Part shown: in pieces, positions 38,685 to 49,700 of the stretch
Layout of the letters: each line of letters begins with the position of its first letter
Position numbering within the stretch: position 1 is the stretch's first letter
Virus record (IMG/VR): IMGVR_UViG_3300032246_001270
Strand: one strand, 5' to 3'
DNA: 64,000 bases
Source: a virus
Notes under the pieces: model-generated
Database searches by the model: none
Seen by the model: the letters and a program-made list of their open reading frames with translations, nothing else
What the model was told of the DNA's origin: nothing
Made by a program: the position numbers and the translations under genes

Positions 38685-38695
38685 TATTATTTATT

Positions 38696-39028
38696 TTATG
38701 TCAATTCTAATACAGAAACAATTACATCCGCTGAGTTTGCTAAAGAAGATGTTACTGAAAGAAAATCTCCAGACTTTAACACCAATTTTTGCTCACCTCC
38801 AAATAGTACTGTTGTACTTCCTGCTACAACGATTGCATCTTTTACTAAATATGCTGTTTTATTTCCAATACTATCTCTTACCATAGTACTAACAGAAATA
38901 TTATTTGATGCTGCATTTGCAATATTCAATCCTATCACAGTTGTTGTAGTTGCTGCAGGTGCTTGATAAACAATTACCCCAGAAGTACCAATTGAACCAG
39001 TTACACTATTTTTAAATACGTTTGCCAT
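38696..39028 (-). CDS. Small beta-rich virion adaptor-like protein, 110 aa
   Basis: MANVFK...VY.AP...T.VIGL.IAN...KLVL..GD.L.V.....D...SVLE; paralogue of the N- and C-termini of 52733..53656. Confidence 0.75.
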   Translation of the reverse strand: MANVFKNSVTGSIGTSGVIVYQAPAATTTTVIGLNIANAASNNISVSTMVRDSIGNKTAYLVKDAIVVAGSTTVLFGGEQKLVLKSGDFLSVTSSLANSADVIVSVLELT

Positions 39029-39040
39029 TTGTTTTTATTT

Positions 39041-39349
39041 TTATCCTAATGCTATTGAATACGCTAATGCCGTATCCAATACATTTACATTATCTACATA
39101 TACATTTCCAGAAGAAACATAAACAGAACCACTTACATTTAATGAACCTGTTATGGTTTCATAACTAGATGAATCATGTCCAACTCTTAATCTGCTCGTT
39201 ACAGTCAAATCATCAAAAGATGCTTGAGATACATCAATAGTACCTTTAAACGAACCTGTAAATGAGCCTGTAAAAGACCCACTTAAGTTTGCGTAAGCAG
39301 ATAAAGCTTGTGAAATTGAACCTGAAAATATCGGACTATTTATTACCAT
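39041..39349 (-). CDS. Short fibre-like structural protein ending AYSIALG
   Basis: SGSFTGSF repeats shared with the giant fibres; ATATTTATA motif 27 nt upstream. Confidence 0.7.
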   Translation of the reverse strand: MVINSPIFSGSISQALSAYANLSGSFTGSFTGSFKGTIDVSQASFDDLTVTSRLRVGHDSSSYETITGSLNVSGSVYVSSGNVYVDNVNVLDTALAYSIALG

Positions 39350-39398
39350 TTATCTATACTAGCTTTTGTTATAGGTATAAATATAAAATAATTTCCTT

Positions 39399-39842
39399 TT
39401 AAGGTTTCACCGGCCAATTTATATTAAATGGATTGTTTTGCGATGTAATATCTCTTAAAGATTGTCTATATACTGCCCAAGCTGTTTTTGTTTCATTAGA
39501 AATATCTGATAATTGTGTCCAATCACATTCAGTTAGTAATTGATTTCTTTGTATTCTAATTTCTTCCCATTGGTTTTCAATTCTATATAATATTTCAGTT
39601 TCAGTAGCATCAACTTGAATCCAATTTTGATAATATACTCCATCAATTAAATTAGGAGTACCTTCGGTAATATTTTTTGTATAATTGTATGGTTTTATAA
39701 TTGTAGATACCTCATACATTTCCCATTCTAATAAAACTTCATTAGTTAAATTTTCAGGAAAACTTATGTTTGGATACGATTCTCTTAATGTATTAATATC
39801 GTATGGATAGTGTATTGTATCATCTATAATTCTTAAGTACAT
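39399..39842 (-). CDS. Tail fibre assembly chaperone
   Basis: W..IR..RNQLL.ECDWTQL.D......W..YRQ.LRDI..Q..P..I.WP.KP motif. Confidence 0.88.
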   Translation of the reverse strand: MYLRIIDDTIHYPYDINTLRESYPNISFPENLTNEVLLEWEMYEVSTIIKPYNYTKNITEGTPNLIDGVYYQNWIQVDATETEILYRIENQWEEIRIQRNQLLTECDWTQLSDISNETKTAWAVYRQSLRDITSQNNPFNINWPVKP

Positions 39843-39843
39843 A

Positions 39844-40749
39844 TTATTTGAAATTTGAAGGTATTGATGCGTAATTTGTTAATCCAGTACAATTACGAAA
39901 TGCAGCTGTTCCAGATGGTGTTGGACTTCTTAACCATATTTCAGGAGCTGTGCCTGTTAATGCGTTTGATGTTGTACTCATATAATAAACGTTATTAAAA
40001 ATTGTAACGTTTGTATTATATGTAAATTGTAATACATTAGTTAATGCTCTACAATTATAAAATGTACCAGAAAAGTTTACTGTATTTGTATTTTGGTCAA
40101 ATAAAGTTGATGGTACTGATGTTAATGATGTACAACTAAAAAAACAAGATGCAAATGATGTTGCTAATGGAACTAAATCAAATAATCCTGTTGGTACAGA
40201 AGTTATTGATGTATTTGATGAAAATGTGTTTGAAAATGTTGTTGCTTTTGGAGAATATGCAAATAAATCAGATGGTATTGATGCTATTCTAGTTGCTTGA
40301 AATAAAGATGTAAAATTTATTACTTCATTTAATCCGGTATAACCACCAACTGAACTTAATGTAGAGCTTGTAGGTATTGATGTTAAATTAATACATCCAT
40401 AAAAATCTATTGTTCTTAATCCAACAGTTCCCCATTGTACTAATTCAGTAATTAAATTTCTTATAGAAGCATTATTATTAACTTTAAAACCTGGCATAAA
40501 TCCACTAATAGTTATTGTATAAGTTCCCGCCGATACAAATGTGTGAATTCTATTTGCTGATGATGATGTAGTTATTAATCCAGATGAACTACCATCACCC
40601 CAATTAATATATAAAGCTGGTGTTAATCCACCATAATCAACTAAAGGAGTAGTAAATACTGTATTAGCTGATGTTGTTACTATTTTAAAAACAAACGGAT
40701 ATGCTTGTGATGCTGCATCCGATGGTATTAATTTTCTTGCTATACTCAT
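39844..40749 (-). CDS. PKD-like + BspA/DUF285-type leucine-rich-repeat protein, possible receptor-binding tip
   Basis: INWGDG...HT....G.YTI.I.G, followed by F..C..LTS.P..LF......F...F repeats. Confidence 0.75.
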   Translation of the reverse strand: MSIARKLIPSDAASQAYPFVFKIVTTSANTVFTTPLVDYGGLTPALYINWGDGSSSGLITTSSSANRIHTFVSAGTYTITISGFMPGFKVNNNASIRNLITELVQWGTVGLRTIDFYGCINLTSIPTSSTLSSVGGYTGLNEVINFTSLFQATRIASIPSDLFAYSPKATTFSNTFSSNTSITSVPTGLFDLVPLATSFASCFFSCTSLTSVPSTLFDQNTNTVNFSGTFYNCRALTNVLQFTYNTNVTIFNNVYYMSTTSNALTGTAPEIWLRSPTPSGTAAFRNCTGLTNYASIPSNFK

Positions 40750-40760
40750 AACTTTAATTA

Positions 40761-43700
40761 TTAACTAAGATTTTTTCCAACTACAAATCCATAATATAAT
40801 GTACCGCCTGTAAATGTAAAAAATGTCAATACATCAGTGCCAGATGATGTTAATATTGGTGCAGTTCCACCTGCCCACTTAACACTAACAGGCCATGTCA
40901 ATGTATATGCCCCAGCATTTACAACAGTAAATGTAAATCCAAATGCATTTGATGCTGGTGGATTACTAAATGAAATAGATGCCGTACCAGTAAATACTCT
41001 TTTAAAATTATTTCCTGTTGTTAAATCTAATGTTACAGAACCTCCAGAACCTAAATCCGAATAAGTTTCTCTAAATATAGTTGATGTTGTTGCTCCACTT
41101 ATAGTAACATTTCCAGTTGTTGTTAGAGTACTACCATCAAAGGTCATATTAGTATTTACTCTACCACTAGCAGTTGAATTAACATAAGTTATTACACCAT
41201 TATCAGTTGTACCTGCTAATATCAAAGAACCAGATGTTCCCGATGTTCCAGATACGCCAGAAGTTCCCGATGTGCCTGCTCCACTTGTACCAGAAGTGCC
41301 GTTTGTTCCTGAAGTTCCACTACTTCCAAATAATGTACCATCTTTACCTGAAGTTCCTGATGTGCCATTAGTTCCCGATGAACCACTACTACCAGCTCCA
41401 GACGTTCCTGATGTGCCAGAAGTTCCCGATGAACCAAATAATGTACCATCAATTCCCGATGTACCGCTTGTACCACTACTACCTAATCCAGACGTTCCTG
41501 ATGTGCCACTCGTGCCGCTTGTACCAGAAGTTCCCGATGAACCAAATAATGTACCATCTTTTCCAGATGTTCCACTACTTCCTGATGTGCCAGAAGTTCC
41601 CGATGAGCCACCACTTCCTGATGAGCCACCACTTCCGCTTGTACCACTTGTACCGCTTGTTCCTGATGAACCAAATAATGTACCATCCAATCCAGAAGTT
41701 CCCGAAGTTCCTGATGACCCAGATGAGCCACCACTTCCCGATGAACCAGTTGACCCAGCCGAACCAGTTGAACCAGATGTGCCAGAAGTTCCTGATGAAC
41801 CAAATAATGTACCATCCAATCCAGAAGTTCCCGAAGTGCCGCTTGTTCCACTACTTCCACCACTGCCACTAGTACCATTAGAACCCGTAGTACCGGATGA
41901 ACCAGTTGAGCCACTAGTACCACTTACTCCAGAAGTTCCTGATGAACCAAAATATGTACCGTCTACTCCAGCAGAACCAGATGAGCCTGAGCTACCATCT
42001 TTTCCTGATGTACCACTTGTGCCAGAAGTTCCCGAAGTGCCACTATCTCCTGATGTACCACTACTTCCAAATAATGTACCATCTTTACCTGATGTCCCGC
42101 TTGAACCGGATGAGCCGGATGACCCAGATGTACCACTTGTACCATCAATTCCGCTTGTGCCACTTGTACCATCAATTCCGCTTGTGCCACTCGTACCATT
42201 AGTTCCACTTACTCCTGATGTGCCAGACGTACCATCGGTTCCTGTGCTACCACTACTTCCCGATGAACCAGATGACCCAGATGTACCACTACTACCAAAA
42301 TATGTACCATCCAATCCACTACTTCCGCTTGTGCCACTCGTACCAGATGAACCATCTAAACCAGAAGTTCCTGACGTGCCGCTTGTTCCACTACTTCCAA
42401 ATAATGTACCATCCAATCCAGAAGTTCCTGACGTGCCGCTTGTTCCACTCGTTCCACTACTACCAGAAGTTCCTGATGACCCAGATGTACCGCTTGTGCC
42501 ATCAATTCCCGATGTACCGCTTGTGCCACTTGTGCCAGACGTACCATACGTTCCTGTACTTCCCGATGAGCCGCTTGTTCCGTTACTTCCTGATGTACCA
42601 CTTGTACCATTAATTCCAGAAGTTCCTGATGTGCCAGACGAACCTGTGCTTCCCGATGTACCACTACTACCCGCTGAGCCGCTTGAACCTGCTGAACCGT
42701 TTGTTCCATCACTTCCAGATGTGCCGCTTGTTCCATCACTTCCAGAAGTTCCTGATGTACCACTACTTCCCGATGTGCCGCTTGTGCCAGATGAACCTGA
42801 TGTACCGCTTGTGCCATCAGAACCACTTGTACCGCTTGTGCCAGACGTTCCTGATGTGCCATCAGTACCACTTACTCCTGATGTACCGCTTGTGCCAGAT
42901 GTACCATCATATCCACTAGTACCGCTTGAGCCGGATGAACCACTACTTCCTGATGTGCCGCTACTTCCGGATGTGCCGCTTGTGCCGCTTGAGCCACTAC
43001 TTCCGCTACTTCCGGATGTTCCGCTTGTGCCACTACTACCAGATGTACCGGATGTGCCGCTTGTACCGCTTGAACCACTACTGCCACTTGAACCACTACT
43101 TCCTGATGTGCCGCTTGTTCCACTACTTCCAGAAGAACCACTACTACCACTACTTCCTGATGTGCCACTTGTGCCAGAAGTTCCTGATGTGCCGCTTGAA
43201 CCACTACTACCAGATGAACCTGCGCTTCCTGATGTACCGCTTGTGCCAGAGGTGCCGCTACTTCCACTACTTCCTGATGAACCACTAGTGCCAGAGGTGC
43301 CGCTTGTGCCACTACTACCTGCTGACCCAGATGTACCAGAACTTCCTGATGACCCAGAACTTCCTGATGACCCAGAACTTCCTGATGTGCCAGAAGTTCC
43401 TGATGACCCAGATGTTCCATTACTTCCCGATGTACCACTACTTCCGCTTGTGCCACTACTTCCTGATGAGCCCGATGTACCGCTTGTGCCACTTGTGCCA
43501 CTTGTGCCACTCGTACCACTTGTTCCACTCAAACCAGCTGAGCCTGAGGTTCCTGATGTGCCTCTAGTTCCCGATGTGCCACTCGTACCGCTTGTGCCGC
43601 TTGTACCAGAAGTTCCTGAGAATCCAGCAGAGCCTGATGTTCCTGATGTGCCACTCGTACCGCTTGTGCCAGATGAACCTGATGTGCCGCTTGTGCCAGA

Positions 43701-46700
43701 TGAACCCGATGTGCCCCCACTACCGGATGTACCACCACTTCCTGATGAGCCACTTGTACCGCTTGTGCCAGAAGTTCCCGATGTGGCGCTAGTACCAGAA
43801 GTTCCCGATGAACCACCACTTCCTGATGAGCCACTTGTTCCACTACTACCAGCAGAACCAGTTGAACCCGATGTGCCAGAAGTTCCTGATGTGCCAGAAG
43901 TTCCCGATGAGCCTGATGAACCACTACTTCCCGATGTGCCAGATGAACCACCACTTCCTGATGAACCTGAAGTTCCTGAAGTACCACTTGTGCCACTTGT
44001 GCCACTTGTGCCACTTGTGCCACTACTTCCACTACTTCCGGATGTTCCCGATGACCCGCTACTTCCTGATGAACCAGACGTTCCCGATGTGCCGCTTGTG
44101 CCAGAAGTTCCTGATGAACCAGATGACCCAGATGACCCAGATGAACCTGATGTACCATGTGAACCAGTTGTTCCCGATGTGCCACTACTTCCCGATGAAC
44201 CACTACTACCACTACTACCGCTTGTGCCAGACGTTCCTGATGTACCGCTTGTGCCAGAAGTTCCTGATGTACCACTTGAGCCACTACTTCCAGAAGACCC
44301 ACTACTACCACTACTTCCAGAAGACCCAGATGAACCAGCAGTTCCCGATGAACCAGTTGAACCACTACTTCCAGCAGTTCCTGATGACCCAGATGTACCA
44401 CTACTTCCAGAAGACCCAGATGAACCAGCAGTTCCCGATGAACCACTACTTCCACTACTTCCAGAAGTTCCTGATGAACCAGCTGAACCATCTTTACCAG
44501 AAGTTCCTGATGAACCCTGTGCAGCTGCTATATTTCTTCTTTCTAATTTTTTAGTTATACTATTCCAAACTACAACATCCTCAGATGAACCAGATGCTAA
44601 TGAATTTAAATACAACGAACTATTTGCAATTATACTACCACTAACACCTAAGCTACCACTAACAGTTAAATTAGCGTTAATACTACTATCTTTATTTACT
44701 TGTAAGAATGATGCCGTATTTACTCCTTCAGCGTTTAGAGCGTACAATGCGTATGATGCGGTATATGCTAAAGAAGCCGTACCAACAAACATTGATGCAG
44801 TTTGAGAATTTAAAACAAAATTTGCAGTGTCTACATTTGATGCATTTTGTGCAAATAATGCGTAAGATGCGGTTTGTGCAAATGATGATGATAATACTGT
44901 CATCGATGATGTTGCACTATTTCTAACGTAATCAGTTAAATCTAATCCATTTAAATTTGCAATATAAGATGCTGTTAGTGCATAAGATGATGAAACTGCT
45001 CTACCAACACTCATTGATGCGGTTTGGTCACTTCTAATATAAGCTGATGCATTTGATAATGATGCAGATAATGAAGAAAGTGATGCTGAATCAAATCCAG
45101 TTACTGCATCCGCAAATCCTGCTTTTCTAGCATATGATGAAGAAAGAACTTCACCAAATACTCTATTACCATCAATTGTACCTTTAATCAAAGAACCTCC
45201 ACTACCAATCACAGCGTGTCCAGAAGTTAATCCAGCAAATTTAATATTAATAGTATTTGAATCTATTGATTTAATTGAGCTTGGTAATATTTGGTCTTCA
45301 GAACCAGTTGCGTATATTTGAACCATTGGATACAAAATATCCAAATTATGTACAATCGTCAAATCACTAACACCATTAAATGCTACAGTTTCACTTAATG
45401 AATATTCAGGCTGCGGAACAAAATATCCTTGAGTTGGATTATATCTTAAAATATCATATTGAGCAGATGCAGTAGGTCCTACTCCTTGGAAATTATATGT
45501 ACCTAAGAATGAACCTGTGAATAATTGTGCTTTAACAATACCACTTGAAGTTACATCACTCAATCTTGCTCTTTGTGATACATAAAGTTCACCCCAAACA
45601 AATGAAGATGTATTAATTACAAATCCTTTATCAGGAGAAATTGATGCGGTTACAGAACCACTCTTAATTACATATGTTTCAAATGCTAAGTTAGCAATAT
45701 TAATATTATATAATCCACTACCATCACCATAGAATGCTGAGCCACTACCTATCAATCTAATATCACTTCCAGTTACTATAATACCACCACTTACAATTAA
45801 TGACCCAGATTGTATTGATACAGAACCAGATGTTACTGTTGTTTGTTTGTTTATTACTAATCCTAAGTTTGGTGAAATTTGAGCTTGTGCTGAACCAGAT
45901 ATAATTCTATCTAATTTCAAATCTTGCAATGCGTTAGCAGGAATGTTGAATAATCCACCACCATCACCAATATAAAGTGCCGCTGTTACAGGTACATTTA
46001 TTTTTAATTTATCTGGGTCTATAATTGCTGCTGCCGAACCAGATTGAATTCTATCTACTTTCAAATCCTTAAGTGCTGATGCTGGGATATTAAATAATCC
46101 ACCACCATCTCCTTCAAATAAAGATGAAGATATAGAACCACTCACACTTACAGAACCAGTAAATTCAGAACCATAGTATCCACCAGATACAGCGTTTGTA
46201 ATTACTTGGAATACTCTACCACTTGCCACCGAACCAGTTGCTGAACCACTTGCGATTAATGGAGCTGCTGCCGCTTGTACATTAGTAATAAATCTACCAT
46301 CACCATATAAAAATGTACTTGCTCTAATAGAACCACTTACTTCTATTGAACCAGTAAACTGCGAACCAATAGCTGAACCAGTTTCGTTTGTTGTTACTAT
46401 GAATTTTTTACCACTTGCTACCGAACCAGTTGCCGAACCGCTTGATATTAATGGAGATGCTGCCGCTTGTACATTTGTAATCTGAGAACCATCCCCTATT
46501 AAATAAAATGCCTTTAAACTTCCACTTATTTCAACACTTCCAGTAAATTCAGAACCAATTTGAGAACCAGTTGCTCCAGTTGTTACTATGAATGTATTAC
46601 CACTAGCTACCGAAGCCGTTGCCGAACCACTTGCGATTAACGGAGCTGCTGCAGCTTGTACATTTGTGATATATCTACCATCACCAAATATAAAATCATT

Positions 46701-49700
46701 TACAATTATAGAACCACTAATAGCAACACTACCAGTAAATCTAGAGCCAATTTCAGAACCAGTCTTAGAAGTTATTACTTTAAACCCTTCATCAGGATTT
46801 ACTGATGCGGTTACTGAACCTGATGTTATTTTATAAGGTGAGAATGATAATGCCGATTCAGGTATATTAAATAATCCTTCACCACTACCACTAAAATAAC
46901 CAGACCCAGAAGGTATAGTTACACTACCAGTTATTAAAATAGAACCAGTAAATACAGAACCACTATCTGCTGATAAAACTCTAAATCCATAATCAGGAGA
47001 TACAGATGCCGTTACTGAACCTGATTTAATTTCGGTTGATACTAATGCATCTTCAGTTAATGCTGAACGAGGTATTCTTCTTAAGTACGTTCCCTCAGCG
47101 TAAATAAATGATGATGAATCAATTTGAACACTACCACTAAATGCAGAACCACTCTCAAATGCTAATACTCTAAATCCATAATCAGGTGCTACAGATGCTG
47201 TAACACTACCACTAGCAATTAATGTTGCGGTTAAAGCAGGTATGTTTATTAATTTAGAACCATCGCCTATAAAGAATGATGCTGATATACTACCACTTAC
47301 AAAAATACTACCTGTAAATTGTGAGCCACTATCTGCTGATTGTACTCTAAATCCATAATCAGGTGTTACAGATGCGGTTACACTACCACTAGCTACTCTA
47401 AATACTTCTGATGATAAAGCTGAACGAGGTATATTAAATAATCCCTCACCACTACCAGTAAATGCTGAAGCCGATACAGTTGTATTTACTACAAATCCTT
47501 TATCAGGTGAAATTGATGCCGTTGCTGACCCACTAAATATTTTTGTTGAATCTATTGAAAGATTTGCTAAAGTTATATTTCTTAATTGAGAACCATCACC
47601 TACAAAATAAGAACCTGTTTCAGCGTAAACACTACCACTAACTCTTACACTACCACTTAAAGTTGAAAATGTATTTACTACAAATCCATAATCAGGTGTA
47701 ATTGATGCGGTAACTGAACCACTAGCAATTCTATTAATTTTAAATGATAATGCAGATTCAGGAATATCAGATAAACCGGCACCACTACCACTAAAATAAG
47801 AACCAGTAGCTACTCTAATATATCCACCTGTCACAAATAATGAACCTGTGAATTGCGAACCACTTACTACTGATATTACTTTAAATCCATAAGTAGGTGA
47901 TACTGATGCGGTAACTGAACCGGATAATATTTCAGTTGATGTAAGTGCATCCTGATTTAAAGCTGAACGAGGTATATCAGATAATCCTGCACCACTACCA
48001 CTAAAATATGAACCGCTTGCTACTCTAACATATCCACCAGTTACAAAAAGAGAACCAGTAAATTGAGAACCACTTGCTGCAGATTCTACTTTGAATCCAT
48101 AAGTAGGCGCTACCGATGCAGTTACAGAACCGGATGTTATTTTTGCGCTTTCAGCTGCTGGTACATTTGTTAATCTACTACCATCACCTACAAATCCATC
48201 AGCAATAACCGAACCCGTAACTTTTATTGAACCAGTAAATTGAGAACCACTAATAACTGATGTTACAACAAATCCATTAGTAGGACTAACTGATGCAGTT
48301 ACACTACCACTAGCTATTAATGTTGCCGTTAAAGCGGGAATATTAAATAATTTACTACCATCTCCTATAAAGAAAGATGCTGATACACTACCACTTACTT
48401 TTAAACTTCCAGTAAATTGTGAACCACTTAAACCAGATTCTACTTTAAATCCATAAACAGGACTAACAGATGCAGTTACACTACCACTTGCTATAAATGT
48501 AGATAATAATGCTTCATCATTTAAAGCTGAACGAGGTATATTTCTTAAATAAGTACCTTCACCATAATAAGCAGAAGATGATTCTAATACTAATGCTCCA
48601 CTTATTGCAGATACAGTTAAACTTCCAGATATTTTTACACTACCAGTTAATTCAGAACCACTAGTAGCGGATAAAACTTTAAATCCATAAACAGGACTAA
48701 CAGATGCAGTTACACTACCACTAGCTATTGCATATGTTATTTGAGGAGGTACGTTTAAATTTGTTAATCTACTACCATCACCTTGAAACGAACCACTAAA
48801 TGAACCACTAGCTTCTTTCAATAATACAGAGCCAGATAATACAGTTAAAGAACCACTAATACTAACACTACCACTAAATTGAGAACCACTTCCTAATGAT
48901 TCTACTTTAAATCCAAATTGTGGAGTTACAGATGCAGTTATACTTCCAGTTACTAATCTATATACTTCAGATGATAGTGCTGATTGTGGAATATCAAATA
49001 ATCCTCTACCAGAACCAGAATACATAGATGCCGTTACATTTCCAATTACAGAAGTTTCTCCTATAAGTTTAATTTGTGCCGGTTTATATAATGTAGTAAC
49101 TACATTAATTGTTCCAGCCATTGTGGAATGAAACTGACAATTATAATAAAGAACATCGGGTGCACTTTGAGGTACAGTAAATGTAATTACACCACTATCA
49201 ATACCATTATTAGTAATACCAGTACCATATGCATTTGAAGTACCAGTTGAACTTGAAGTTTTTATCCAAAATGGATGTCCTGTTGCATTTACATTAAATG
49301 TATATGTTAATCCTCTTACTAAAGTTAAATTTGCATTTGATTCATTATTAATAAGATAATATTGCGTAGCTATATTGCCTACATTGAATACCGTATTTAT
49401 TGAAGCTGTTGGTATTTCTATATTAGAAGAAGATACTATTAAACTACCACTTAAAGTTGAAAATGTATTTACTACAAATCCATTATCAGGCGCAATTGAT
49501 GCCGTTGCTGACCCACTAGCAATTCTATTAATTTTAAATGCCAAAGCAGATTCAGGAATATTAATCAATCCCTCACCACTACCACTAAAGAAAGATGCTC
49601 CAGATACTGCATTTATTACACCATAAAAATATGAACCGCTTTTTGATGTTACTACAAATCCATTATCAGGACTTACAGAAGCAGTTACACTACCACTAAA

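Noticed and set aside
36010-44520. CRISPR array or DNA tandem repeat suggested by recurring 18-mers such as gaagttcctgatgtgcca
   Set aside because: No constant repeat with unique spacers; the periodicity is codon-based within coding sequence, and no cas genes are present.
41225-44520. InaZ-type ice nucleation protein
   Set aside because: Lacks the 8/16-residue AGYGST-type periodicity; the period here is three residues.
35984-44554. Many short alternative-frame ORFs (VHQE/LLAHQE and MCHYF types)
   Set aside because: Out-of-frame readings of the same low-complexity repeats.
41272-44805. 1,177-aa plus-strand Pro/Val/Asp/Leu-rich ORF (also 35797..36804 and 37027..38091)
   Set aside because: Antisense shadow of the Gly-Thr-Ser tracts: these codons rarely produce antisense stops in that frame, the ORFs coincide with the tracts, and there are no plus-strand expression signals.
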